Positions 25,996 through 36,175 are shown, numbered from the stretch's first letter. The stretch is DNA of 55,062 bases from Cyclobacteriaceae bacterium (GCA_040882305.1 JBBEBN010000386.1:1-55062); one strand, 5' to 3'. Translations and numbers: made by a program. The notes: generated by a model from the letters alone, not told the origin.

Positions 25996-27966
25996 ATGGG
26001 AAACTCCAAAATTTTTCTGCTGGTTGGCACCCTGCTGACCTTTCCGGTAGTCGCGCAGCAGCCGGAGCAGGATCCCATCAAGAAGATCAGGCCTATCCTG
26101 GAAGAGCATTGCTTTCCCTGTCATCACGACACAAAACGGTCCGCTGGTATCAGCCTCAAGAATATATTCATGGGCATCAACGACACCAAAGCCCTTATCG
26201 TCCGGGATGGGAAGGTGTGGATGAATGTTGTGAAACAGATCCAGCATGGAGCGATGCCTCCCCGGGGGCAGCGTCAAATGACGCAAGCTGAAAATGATAC
26301 CCTGGTCAAAACCGTCAGCAAAATACTTTATTCCTCCCTGAATGCTAACAACCCGGGGCGCGTGGTGATGCGCAGGCTAAGCCACAATGAGTATCAATAT
26401 TCCGTTTTTAGCCTCGTAGGCGTCTCCTATGATGCGCCTGCTAAATTTCCCGCTGATGGCTCTGGTGGAGCAGGCTTTGACAATTTTGCGGGTACCCTAT
26501 TTTTGACGCCGCTCAAAATGGAGCGGTATTATGAGGCCGCAGAAGTGATCCTTGATGAGGCTCACGCCAATGAAGGTCTGTGGCGTACCCTGGTGCCGGA
26601 AAGCTATAGAAAATCCTGGTGGCGACGGTTCAGCGACTGGGTTGCAAGTATCTTCACTGACGTCGATCCTTCCGAGGGGGCAGTCAAAGTAGCTTCTGAT
26701 GTCATCGTTCCGTTTGCTACCCGTGCCTATCGCCGCTTTCTGGCGCCGGAGGAGAAGGAGAAGCTTCTGGGTCTTTTCCGAAAAGTCTACGAAGGCATCG
26801 ACGCGGAAGATCGCTACGACCTTGCTATCAAAGAGACGCTGAAAGCGGTGCTGGTATCACCTAACTTCCTATATCGTTATGAAGAAGAGCTGCCTGTGCC
26901 CATAGACCACCCGTATCCCATCAGTAATTTTGAATTGGCCAGCAGACTTTCTTATTTCCTCTGGTCCACACTTCCGGACGAAGCGTTGTTCCAGGCAGCT
27001 TACCATAATGACCTGCAAGATCCTGCCGTGCTGACCAGCCAGGTCAGGCGGATGTTGAAGGATCCCAAAGCGAAGAACTTTTCAGAGAGCTTTGTCACGC
27101 AGTGGTTCGGCATCAGTAGGTTGAGGGAAAATAACCCTGTCGATCCGGAGCGTTTTCCCGAGATGACGCCTTCTCTGAGGAATGCCATGTATCAGGAGGT
27201 GGTAGAGTATTTTTACTATGTCCTCACAGGCAGCAGGAGTTTCCTGGATGTGATAGACAGCGACTATACTTTCCTGAATGAAGAATTAGCCAATCACTAT
27301 GGCATCGAAGGAGTGAAGGGAAAGGCTGTAAGGAAGGTGATTCTCAAGGACCGTAAGCGCGGAGGGGTGCTGGGCATGGGCAGTGTGCTGGCAACCACGT
27401 CGATGCCACTGCGGACAAGTCCCGTACTTCGCGGAAAGTGGGTGCTGGAGGAGATCCTGGGCACACCGCCACCGCCACCTCCGCCGGATGCTGGAGACCT
27501 GCCGGAGGAAGCATCCATGAATAAGAATGCCAGCATCAGGGACCTTCTGACAGTGCACCGCGCCAATCCCACTTGCGCAGGGTGCCACCAGAAGATGGAT
27601 CCCATTGGCTTTGGTCTTGAAAATTATGACCCCACAGGTCGTTGGCGGAATAGTTACGGCGACAAACCGATCGTGGCCTGGGATACCTTACCCAGTGGTG
27701 AAGTGTTCAGAGGACCCATCGAGTTGAAAAAGATTTTGCTGTCGAAAGAGGATGAGTTCGCGCGAACACTATCGGAGAAAATGTTTATTTATGCCACGGG
27801 TCGCAACGTGGGCTTTGTAGATGAGCTGTACATACAGCGCCTGGTAAAGAATTTAAAAGAGAACCGCTTCGATACAGAAAAATTTATCGTTGAACTGGTG
27901 AACCTCGAGCCCTTCCGCTTCAAAGTGAATGACAAAGGGGAGCGGTTTGTCGTCGCAACTAAATGA
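25996..27966 (+). CDS. Planctomycete-type cytochrome c protein with DUF1587/1595/1592/1588/1585 domains
   Basis: Signal peptide; CxxCH heme motifs CFPCH and CAGCH; MRRLSHNEY, GFDN, LVSPNFLY, ELASRLSYFLWSTLPD, RTSPVLRGKWVLE, MDPIGFGLENYD. Confidence 0.9.
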   Translation: MGNSKIFLLVGTLLTFPVVAQQPEQDPIKKIRPILEEHCFPCHHDTKRSAGISLKNIFMGINDTKALIVRDGKVWMNVVKQIQHGAMPPRGQRQMTQAENDTLVKTVSKILYSSLNANNPGRVVMRRLSHNEYQYSVFSLVGVSYDAPAKFPADGSGGAGFDNFAGTLFLTPLKMERYYEAAEVILDEAHANEGLWRTLVPESYRKSWWRRFSDWVASIFTDVDPSEGAVKVASDVIVPFATRAYRRFLAPEEKEKLLGLFRKVYEGIDAEDRYDLAIKETLKAVLVSPNFLYRYEEELPVPIDHPYPISNFELASRLSYFLWSTLPDEALFQAAYHNDLQDPAVLTSQVRRMLKDPKAKNFSESFVTQWFGISRLRENNPVDPERFPEMTPSLRNAMYQEVVEYFYYVLTGSRSFLDVIDSDYTFLNEELANHYGIEGVKGKAVRKVILKDRKRGGVLGMGSVLATTSMPLRTSPVLRGKWVLEEILGTPPPPPPPDAGDLPEEASMNKNASIRDLLTVHRANPTCAGCHQKMDPIGFGLENYDPTGRWRNSYGDKPIVAWDTLPSGEVFRGPIELKKILLSKEDEFARTLSEKMFIYATGRNVGFVDELYIQRLVKNLKENRFDTEKFIVELVNLEPFRFKVNDKGERFVVATK

Positions 27967-27981
27967 AGGAAACATGAACGA

Positions 27982-28046
27982 GCATTCCCTTTGGGAATGC
28001 AAGCCCCTTTCAGACGTTGCGATAGCTATCGGGATTGGGGTAACGT
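27982..28046. repeat. Intergenic palindromes: GCATTCCC-TTT-GGGAATGC and a CGATAGCTATCG REP-like core
   Basis: Perfect 8-bp hairpin at 27982-28000; 12-bp palindrome at 28020-28031 inside an ACGTTGC...GTAACGT outer stem. Confidence 0.6.
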
Positions 28047-28069
28047 AATTTAAAGAAACAAGACACATT

Positions 28070-29455
28070 ATGAGCAACAGCAATTGGCATATTTCCCGCA
28101 GGAGGATGTTAAAAGGACTTGGAGCCAGCATCGCCCTGCCATTTTTGCAGGCTATGGTTCCGCCCGGCATGAGTTCATACAACATGGGCAAGCGTCCAGT
28201 GCGCTTTGCATGCCTGTACATGCCCAATGGTGTGAACCAGGACCATTGGACTCCGGAAGGGTTTGGTGACCAATTTCAACTCTCCAAAACGCTGCAGCCC
28301 CTGGCGAATGTAAAGCAGGATATCATTGTGCTGAATGAGCTGATGAACAGGGGCTCCATTTTTCCTGGCGCTGAAGGTCATTTTGCCAAGACGGCCAATA
28401 TTATGACCTGCAGGCCGATCCTGAAGACCCTGGGCGACAACATCAACAGCGGTGGAATATCGTTTGACCAGCTTATCGCGCAGCAAAAGGGACAGGATAA
28501 CCTCTTCGACTCACTTCAATATGGAACGGAACGCGTGAACTCGGGCATCTGCGGCGCCACAGGGTTTACACGCCTTTATGCGGCAAGCATCTCCTGGAAA
28601 TCTCCTACGCAACCCTGCACGAGGGAAATTGACCCCCGCCTCGCTTTCGACAGACTGTTCAGAGGGGTGTTACCGGATACCGAACAGCGCGATCAGACCT
28701 GGAAGCAAAGTGTCCTTGATATTGTAAAGGATGATGCCGACGCGCTGCAACGCAAGCTCGGCCGCGCAGACCAGGATAAGCTGGAGGAATACCTGGAATC
28801 CATCAGGTCTCTTGAGAAGCGTATTGATAATGAGGAGAAGAAGAAGGCTTTCGAACAGCAGATCACCCCTGAGATTAAGAAAGAACTGGTCGGTTTGAAC
28901 CTGCGCATCGATGAGTTCAATGAACAGGTTCTTGGCGTTGACGTCACCGAAAAGTTGCGCCAATATCTCGACATCATGGCCCTGGCTTTCTGGAGTGACG
29001 CAACGCGTGTCATCACTTTCATGTTTGGCAACGCAGCCAGCGGACGCAACTTTTCATTCATACCCGGAGTGCAGGGCAGCCATCACCAGATATCACACCA
29101 TCAAAAACTTCCCGGTGCGCTGGAAGAATACCGAAAGATAAACGAGTATTATGTGGCACAATACGCCTATTTTCTGGAGAAACTCAGGTGCATTCCCGAT
29201 GGTGAAAGCAACCTTCTTGACAACTCTATGATCTTGTTTTGTTCCGGTCTGCGGGACGGTAATTCTCACAATCCCCGTAACCTTCCGGTAATCCTTGGTG
29301 GCAAGGCGGGTGGGGCTTTAAAGACCGGGCAGAACCTGCAGTTTGGAAAGGAAACCCCTTTGGCAAACCTCTATCTCTCCATGGCCCGGGTGATGGATAT
29401 GCAGCTAAAGGAATTTGCCGACAGCACTGGAGAGTTGTGCGAGATCTACGCCTAG
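28070..29455 (+). CDS. DUF1552 domain protein with Tat-like N-terminus
   Basis: ISRRRMLKGLGASIALPFL, YMPNGV, SFDQLIA, DPRLAFDRLF, KLEEYLESIRSLEKRI, NLLDNSMI, HNPRNLPVILGG. Confidence 0.92.
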   Translation: MSNSNWHISRRRMLKGLGASIALPFLQAMVPPGMSSYNMGKRPVRFACLYMPNGVNQDHWTPEGFGDQFQLSKTLQPLANVKQDIIVLNELMNRGSIFPGAEGHFAKTANIMTCRPILKTLGDNINSGGISFDQLIAQQKGQDNLFDSLQYGTERVNSGICGATGFTRLYAASISWKSPTQPCTREIDPRLAFDRLFRGVLPDTEQRDQTWKQSVLDIVKDDADALQRKLGRADQDKLEEYLESIRSLEKRIDNEEKKKAFEQQITPEIKKELVGLNLRIDEFNEQVLGVDVTEKLRQYLDIMALAFWSDATRVITFMFGNAASGRNFSFIPGVQGSHHQISHHQKLPGALEEYRKINEYYVAQYAYFLEKLRCIPDGESNLLDNSMILFCSGLRDGNSHNPRNLPVILGGKAGGALKTGQNLQFGKETPLANLYLSMARVMDMQLKEFADSTGELCEIYA

Positions 29456-29577
29456 CATCATTCGTCAAGGTTATCGGTCATTTTAAATTGAGATAGCGTG
29501 CCTTGATTATAATAGGTAGCCCGCCCGTTAATTGAGAAGAAACCTGAAAAACATTAGGAAACCCCGCTTAATTGAGG

Positions 29578-29585
29578 TACCTTTG
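29578..29585 (+). promoter_or_regulatory. Bacteroidota housekeeping sigma -7 element (TAnnTTTG) upstream of the cold-shock gene
   Basis: Exact consensus match TACCTTTG about 195 nt before the csp ATG. Confidence 0.65.
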
Positions 29586-29780
29586 TCCTGCATTTAAGAA
29601 ATAGTGCCTTTCAGCAAGCTCATCCGGGCTTTTTTGTTTTTCACATTCCTTAATTTAGTAATTTCCTGAAGATCCTGTAGGGACAACGCACGTCCAGCCA
29701 GGACAATTCTGGTCATTATTGCTGCTAATCATGTTAGCAATTCAAACTTTAAACATTTTTAATTTTTAATTTATAACACA

Positions 29781-29972
29781 ATGCAAGGAACAGTAAAATT
29801 TTTCAATGAAGCCAAAGGTTTTGGATTCATTAAGCCCAATGATTCAAGCACGGACATTTTTGTTCATTCTTCAGGATTGGTTGATCAGATCCGTGAAAAC
29901 GATCAGGTTGAATACGATGAAGAAAAAGGCAAAAAAGGAATGAATGCAGTGAATGTTACGCTATTGAGCTAG
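29781..29972 (+). CDS. Cold-shock protein (CspA family)
   Basis: GTVKFFNEAKGFGFI (RNP1), DIFVHSSG (RNP2), GKKGMNAVNV. Confidence 0.97.
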   Translation: MQGTVKFFNEAKGFGFIKPNDSSTDIFVHSSGLVDQIRENDQVEYDEEKGKKGMNAVNVTLLS

Positions 29973-29993
29973 ATAGTTTTTTCAATAACATTT

Positions 29994-30023
29994 AAAGACC
30001 ACCTGAGAGGTGGTCTTTTTTTT
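29994..30023 (+). terminator. Rho-independent terminator after csp
   Basis: AAAGACCACCT-gag-AGGTGGTCTTT followed by a T-run. Confidence 0.88.
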
Positions 30024-30109
30024 GCCCCGGTCAGACGGAAATTCCGGCTCCTTTTATTTCAAAATGGCAGTGTAAAAACTATCTTTATGATGACATAAAC
30101 CCCTCACCG

Positions 30110-30682
30110 ATGGAACAAATACTGGATCAACCGCTCATTCAAACCAATGTAAACAGTGTGAAATACGGTGCGTTCTGGCCGCGCCTTGGTGCCTTAATTG
30201 TTGACGGCCTTGTACTTGCCCCCGTTACATTTGGGATCAATTACCTGAATATTACTTCATGGAAGAGTCCGATTATTTATATTCTTGTTGCTTTATTATC
30301 TGTTACCTATAAGCCTGTTATGGAGTATGTGTATGGGGCCACATTGGGTAAAATGGTGTTGAAGCTTAAAGTGGTGAACCTGAAATTTGAGAAAGCCACC
30401 TTCAGTGAAATCCTTTTCCGCAACGTTTTTCATATTGTACCTTCTGTTGTTACCATGTTCCTGAGTATTACTATCTATCAAAACCCGGAATTTGCATCGG
30501 TATCCGGATATTCGGAGTATTCGATTTTTATTTCAGAAATGAAGGCCCTTCAAATCATTAATTTAGCGACCGGCCTGATCATCATCGCGGATGCTATCGT
30601 GCTGCTGGCCGACAAGTATAACAGGGCGTGGCACGACAAGATCGGCGGGACGTTTGTCATCGAGAAGTTGCCAGGGGCGTAG
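30110..30682 (+). CDS. RDD family membrane protein
   Basis: YGAFWPRLGALIVDG, GATLGKMVLKLKVV, RAWHDKIGGTFVI; TATCTTTA promoter-like box at 30080-30087. Confidence 0.9.
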   Translation: MEQILDQPLIQTNVNSVKYGAFWPRLGALIVDGLVLAPVTFGINYLNITSWKSPIIYILVALLSVTYKPVMEYVYGATLGKMVLKLKVVNLKFEKATFSEILFRNVFHIVPSVVTMFLSITIYQNPEFASVSGYSEYSIFISEMKALQIINLATGLIIIADAIVLLADKYNRAWHDKIGGTFVIEKLPGA

Positions 30683-30931
30683 GCGGGATCCGGGTCGCAG
30701 GGTGAAAGATCTTCGCCCTGCGAGTTCAAATTCTCAAAACGTGGAATGATAATCCGCGATATCTTCAATTATTTCAGTCGTGTTCGTTTCCATCCGGAAC
30801 CAGTCAGAAATCCCCTTTTCGCTTTTTTTTATCAGGATGCAGTTACTTTATCGGCTTTAAGTGCATGTATAGCCAAAAAATTGCCCTCTTATCGAAAAAG
30901 AAACCGGTATAATTATACTATTTTCGTAAGC

Positions 30932-33900
30932 GTGAGCCCCCGCTGCCTTCCCCATATCCTGCTGCTCGTTCTGGCAATGACGCTTGTCTTTTGCGAGGTT
31001 TATTCTCAGCGCGGAAAGATTATCAGGCCCGCCTCGACAAGCATTCTGGATCCCAATGCGGATGGCTTTGTATCCAAAACTCCCTCCGGCTTTTCGAATG
31101 ATGGTTATTACATTGATGAATTCGAACTGAAGATGTTTGGCATCCCAAAGCTCGGGGGCGATGTAACGGGTGACAACATCGGGATGAATTGCGGGATCAC
31201 CGATCTGATCCCTGACAACAAAGGATACTCGGTTTACGCGGTGCGCGACGGAAGCGATAATCTTATCTTCAGATTCCGGGTGGGGGATGACAACCCCAGT
31301 GTTGAGGCGTGGACAATCCTGTTGGATGTCGACGGCCAGGTTGGTTCAAATGACCCTAACGCCACAGCGGGCAATCCAGGTTTTGAGATCGACATCACGC
31401 TGATCAAAAGAAATAACTTAGGTGTATTGGTGTATGACATCGATGGAAAGGATGATTGCCCCTCGCCATTGTTATTTTACGATATCAACTCTAATTTTCA
31501 GATATCCATTGCTGATGAAGTGAGCTGCGGTGATCCGGATTTTTTCTATGACTTTTACGTTCCGTTTTCAGAGATCGCCGCCGCTTTTAACATAGACCTC
31601 AACACAGGCTTGCGCTATGTGGCTGTTACGAACGTGTCGGCCACTTGCGCGATGGGCGGAAATATATCAGATATTTCAGGGATTGATAACAATGATCCCG
31701 AATATAGCGGATGTGACACTTGCGCTTTTGAGGACCTTATCAATAACCAGTGTCCAACGCCAATAGTGGACCTGTGCGAGACCTGCGCGGGATTTGAAAA
31801 GGATAAAGTTAGTGCTCCGATCATAGATGAGCCTATCCGCGCCGGCCAGGCGACCATAACGGGCTCAACAATTGAGAGCGATATTTTCATTCGCGTGCAG
31901 GTATATACCAATACAGCGCCTGAAGGCAGCGCTCCTTCCTGGGGAACTACGCCCAGGGAGGAAATCGGCGTGTACACAGTAGGAAATAACTGGACGGTTA
32001 ACCTCATCGATCCTTTGCTGGCGTATGATAAGATTGTAGCCATTGCCCAAAAGGATGAATACACTGTTCCATGTGGTGCTAACGATGATAACTCCAGCAG
32101 CACGTCTGTCACGGTCGTGGCGCCCAATACTCCTCCCGTTGCCCTTGATCAGTCAGTTGACTTAACGGAGGATACATCCGAACCGATAACACTTGCCGGC
32201 ACTGATCCTGAAAATGATCCTTTGATTTACACGATCCTGAGTTTGCCAACAAATGGCACGCTGAACGGAGGACCTCCCAACGTGACATATACACCTGACC
32301 GGGATTACTCGGGACCGGACAGTTTTACTTTCCTGGTGTCTGACGGAATATTCACTTCCGTTTTACCTGGTACCGTTACCATTGATGTTACAGCGCTTAA
32401 TGACACTCCTGTTGCTAATAACATGAATGTTACGACAAATGAGGATATTCCGGTCGCAACCACGCTGATCGCGTCTGATGCTGACGGCGATCCGCTGGCG
32501 TTCACCATCGTTACGCCACCCGTAAATGGATCTTTAACAGGTGCGATTCCCAATCTTACCTATACGCCAAATACTAACTTTTTTGGTCAGGATAATTTTA
32601 GCTTCATGGTAAATGACGGCCAGGAAGACTCCAATACCGCCAGTGTTTCCATCACGGTTGTTCCCGTAGCAGATGATCCGCCAGTGGCGAATGTGCAAAA
32701 TGTCACCACCGCGGAAGATGTTCCGCTTGCAATTACGCTTACGGGAAGTGATCCGGATTTCGATCAGCTAACCTTCGCTATCGTTTCCGCGCCAGCTAAC
32801 GGAATCCTTACGGGCACACCGCCGGATATAACGTACAGACCTGATGCCAACTATTCGGGCAATGACAGCTTTACCTTCGGCGTGAACGACGGAACACTGA
32901 ATTCTCCTGCGGTAACGGTTAACATTACTGTTACGCCCGCCAATGATGCTCCCGTGGCATTCAATCAAAGCGTTCCGTATGATCTCAATACGCCCAAGCC
33001 CATAACGCTCACAGGATCGGATATCGATGGAGATGCATTGACTTTTTCAGTTACCGTGCAGCCAACTAACGGCACGCTCAGCGGAGCTGCACCCAACATC
33101 ACCTACACTCCGAACGCAGGGTATACGGGCAATGATAGTTTTAAATTTGCCGTCAACGATGGGACGATAGATTCGCAGCAGGCAACGATTTCGCTTAACC
33201 TCAACCCGTTGCTAAACGTCGCCCCTGTGGCCTCTGACCAGACCATCACCATCCCCGAAGATGCTCCAACACAGATAGTATTGACGGCTTCGGATGATAA
33301 TGGAGATAATGTCACCTACGCCATTACACAGTCTCCGGCGAATGGAACCTTAACCCTTTCGGGGGCAACTGTTACTTATGATCCTGATTTGGATTACAGC
33401 GGGGCAGACAGCTTTAAGTTTGAAGCGAGCGATGGGTCACTCACTTCCAACGAAGCAACGGTGACCATTTCAGTAACGCCTGTGAATGATGCCCCTATTG
33501 CCAACAGCCAGAGCGTGGCGACGGATCAGGATATCCCTAAGAGTATTACCCTGACGGGATCGGATGCGGAAGGGAGCGCCTTGGCATACTCCATCGTAAG
33601 TCAACCCGGCAGCGGTGCCGTGAGTATCAGTGGAGCAACAGTCACATACACTCCGTCCCAGTATTATACGGGATCGGACAGTTTCACATTCCTCGTAAAT
33701 GACGGCGCGCTGAATTCTGCTGCGGCGACAGTTTCTATACTCGTTAATTCGACCGGGTCGCCGCCTGTCGCCGTAGACAAGAATATCAGCACGAACGAAG
33801 ATACTTCTGTCGATGTAGATTTGGCCGGACTGGTCACAGACGCAGACGGCGACATGATCACCCATACGGTAGGTGGGATCCCGCAGCATGGCACGATAGC

Positions 33901-35221
33901 GATCAATGGAACAGTAGTGACCTATATTCCTGATACGGATTATTTTGGCCGCGACACCTTGCAATTTACGGGAAACGATGGCACGACAGACTCCAACATT
34001 GGCAGAGTGTACATTGCGGTGTTACAGGTCAATGACGCGCCCGCGGCCGATGACCAGGTTGTTACTACAGATGAAGATATCGCCGCCAGTATTGTACTCA
34101 CGTCGGGTGATATCGATGGAAACACATTCAACTACACTGTTCTGACCGCACCGGCAAACGGAACGCTTACGGGGACGGCGCCTTCTTTGACTTATACCCC
34201 AAAAGCTCATTTCAACGGTTCGGATAACTTTGCTTTTAAGGTCAATGACGGCTACACGGATTCCAATATTGCGACGGTAGCCATTACGGTCAATCCCGTA
34301 AACGACGCCCCGGTCATTGCGGCTTTAACGAGCCTGCCACCTGCTAAAGAAGATTCGGTGTTGAGAATCTGCATGGATGTGGTGGATGTTGATGGGGATA
34401 ATGTCAGCTTTAATGACCCTGTCAATACAAAAGGTGGCGGAACAATGGTTCGTGATGCGGCTCCCTATGATTTTTGTTACATCTTCACGCCGGAAGCGAA
34501 TTATAACGGTGAAGCCAACTGGAGTCTCCTCGTTTCAGATTCAAAAGGACTTTCGGGAACTGCCCCTGCGAAAATAACCATACGGCCCGTCAACGATGCC
34601 CCGGCTGCGCTTAATGACTATGTATCTTTAAACGCAAACACCACACTGTCATTCAATGTTCTCTCAAATGATCTGGTCATCGCCGATCCGTATAAGGAAT
34701 TTTATGATATTTATGAAGCTGACTCGGCAGATGTTCTGACCGTTGCCAGTATCCTCACCGGACCATTCCACGGTTCTGTTACGGTTGATGCGGATATGCA
34801 GACCGTTCAGTACAGGCCGGCATCATTTACCTTTATCGGAAGTGATTCTGTTAAATATCAGGTATGCGATTCAGGGCATCCTTCGCTTTGCGCTACGGCA
34901 GTTTTATTTATCGATGTTACCGATAATGATTTCGCTTTTGAGATTTATGAAGGTGTATCGCCAAATAATGACGGCCTGAACGATTACTGGCACATTGAGG
35001 GTATTCATCGGTTCAAAAAGAATATGGTCCGAATTTTCGACCGGTTCAGCAATATGGTGTGGGAAACATCGGATTATGACAATGAGACGATACGGTGGGA
35101 AGGCCAGTCCAACCGTGGCCTTGGGCGCAGTCGATTACCTGAGGGGACCTACTATTATACCGTATATCTTGACGATGAAGGGAAAATAATCAGTGGTTAT
35201 GTCATCTTAAAGGAAAATTAG
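30932..35221 (+). CDS. Large surface adhesin-like protein with about 10 cadherin-like/Ig (tandem-95, Big_9) repeats and a T9SS type B (gliding-motility-associated) CTD
   Basis: Repeats beginning N(D/T)xPxA with YTPxxxYxGxDSFxF cores; CTD IYEGVSPNNDGLNDYW...IFDRF...LPEGTYYY. Start is probably GTG 30932 or ATG 30977, not 30746. Confidence 0.9.
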   Translation: MSPRCLPHILLLVLAMTLVFCEVYSQRGKIIRPASTSILDPNADGFVSKTPSGFSNDGYYIDEFELKMFGIPKLGGDVTGDNIGMNCGITDLIPDNKGYSVYAVRDGSDNLIFRFRVGDDNPSVEAWTILLDVDGQVGSNDPNATAGNPGFEIDITLIKRNNLGVLVYDIDGKDDCPSPLLFYDINSNFQISIADEVSCGDPDFFYDFYVPFSEIAAAFNIDLNTGLRYVAVTNVSATCAMGGNISDISGIDNNDPEYSGCDTCAFEDLINNQCPTPIVDLCETCAGFEKDKVSAPIIDEPIRAGQATITGSTIESDIFIRVQVYTNTAPEGSAPSWGTTPREEIGVYTVGNNWTVNLIDPLLAYDKIVAIAQKDEYTVPCGANDDNSSSTSVTVVAPNTPPVALDQSVDLTEDTSEPITLAGTDPENDPLIYTILSLPTNGTLNGGPPNVTYTPDRDYSGPDSFTFLVSDGIFTSVLPGTVTIDVTALNDTPVANNMNVTTNEDIPVATTLIASDADGDPLAFTIVTPPVNGSLTGAIPNLTYTPNTNFFGQDNFSFMVNDGQEDSNTASVSITVVPVADDPPVANVQNVTTAEDVPLAITLTGSDPDFDQLTFAIVSAPANGILTGTPPDITYRPDANYSGNDSFTFGVNDGTLNSPAVTVNITVTPANDAPVAFNQSVPYDLNTPKPITLTGSDIDGDALTFSVTVQPTNGTLSGAAPNITYTPNAGYTGNDSFKFAVNDGTIDSQQATISLNLNPLLNVAPVASDQTITIPEDAPTQIVLTASDDNGDNVTYAITQSPANGTLTLSGATVTYDPDLDYSGADSFKFEASDGSLTSNEATVTISVTPVNDAPIANSQSVATDQDIPKSITLTGSDAEGSALAYSIVSQPGSGAVSISGATVTYTPSQYYTGSDSFTFLVNDGALNSAAATVSILVNSTGSPPVAVDKNISTNEDTSVDVDLAGLVTDADGDMITHTVGGIPQHGTIAINGTVVTYIPDTDYFGRDTLQFTGNDGTTDSNIGRVYIAVLQVNDAPAADDQVVTTDEDIAASIVLTSGDIDGNTFNYTVLTAPANGTLTGTAPSLTYTPKAHFNGSDNFAFKVNDGYTDSNIATVAITVNPVNDAPVIAALTSLPPAKEDSVLRICMDVVDVDGDNVSFNDPVNTKGGGTMVRDAAPYDFCYIFTPEANYNGEANWSLLVSDSKGLSGTAPAKITIRPVNDAPAALNDYVSLNANTTLSFNVLSNDLVIADPYKEFYDIYEADSADVLTVASILTGPFHGSVTVDADMQTVQYRPASFTFIGSDSVKYQVCDSGHPSLCATAVLFIDVTDNDFAFEIYEGVSPNNDGLNDYWHIEGIHRFKKNMVRIFDRFSNMVWETSDYDNETIRWEGQSNRGLGRSRLPEGTYYYTVYLDDEGKIISGYVILKEN

Positions 35222-36175
35222 ATGGTGCTTCGCATTACCTGCTTGTTCACTTTTATTTCATTCTCCTGTTCGGTTGTTCAGGGACAGCAGGTAGCCACTT
35301 ATTCTCAATACATGTTTAACGGGTTAGCGATCAATCCTGCTTATGCCGGCAGTCATGACGCTTTAAGCACCACCGTTCTGGCCAGGTTTCAGAATGTGGG
35401 CCTGAGGGGAGCGCCGAATACGCAAACATTCTCGGCACATTCACCGCTGTTAAACCGCCGGGTAGGCCTTGGGTTAATGGTCATTCACGATCAGTTAAGC
35501 GTTATCAATCAGACGGGGATCCACTTCTCGTATGCCTATAGAATTCCCCTGGGCAGGAACGCAGATAATCCCGGCACCATTTCATTCGGTCTCCAGGGTG
35601 GAGTCAGTATGTATAACGCCCAATACACAGAGCTCTCCCTGCATAGTAACAGTTCAGCCAATCCTAACCCGGGAACCGATAACGCTTTTTCTCAGGACAT
35701 TCGTGAATCACGACCCAATATTGGCGCGGGTGTGTTTTACAGCCGGGAAAATGCCTATTTCGGCGTGTCTATGCCCTCGATGGTCAACAATGCTTTTGAT
35801 CGGGGTGAAGGATTTCAGACCGTACATCAAAACATTCCCCTGATCATTACCGGTGGTTATGTATTCTCGATCAACAACCTGATGAAATTTAAACCGAACT
35901 TCCTCTTTAAGACGGTTGACAACCGTCCGATTGAATTCGACTTGAATGCAAATATTTTATTCGACGAGGTGTTGTGGGCCGGGCTGTCGTATAAATCGTC
36001 CAAACAGGGCGTGTTAATGACTCAATTGCAGTTGACAGACCAGTTACAATTTGGATATTCATACACCATTACCCTTGGACCCATTCGTACGGTAGAACTG
36101 GGCTCTCATGAGGTCATGCTTAATTACAGGTTCTGGTTTAACAAAAAAGGCATTGTTTCTCCGCGTTATTTCTGA
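35222..36175 (+). CDS. T9SS PorP/SprF family outer-membrane protein
   Basis: YSQYMFNGLAINPAYAGS, GAPNTQT, FGYSY, GSHEVMLNYRF...SPRYF; immediately follows the type B cargo. Confidence 0.93.
   Translation: MVLRITCLFTFISFSCSVVQGQQVATYSQYMFNGLAINPAYAGSHDALSTTVLARFQNVGLRGAPNTQTFSAHSPLLNRRVGLGLMVIHDQLSVINQTGIHFSYAYRIPLGRNADNPGTISFGLQGGVSMYNAQYTELSLHSNSSANPNPGTDNAFSQDIRESRPNIGAGVFYSRENAYFGVSMPSMVNNAFDRGEGFQTVHQNIPLIITGGYVFSINNLMKFKPNFLFKTVDNRPIEFDLNANILFDEVLWAGLSYKSSKQGVLMTQLQLTDQLQFGYSYTITLGPIRTVELGSHEVMLNYRFWFNKKGIVSPRYF

Noticed and set aside
27466-27486. CCG/CCA-rich run
   Set aside because: Encodes the poly-proline linker normal for DUF1588-containing proteins; not a phase-variable tract.
32120-34920. 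Repeats with a period of about 280 bp
   Set aside because: Explained by diverged cadherin-like/Ig domain repeats of the adhesin.
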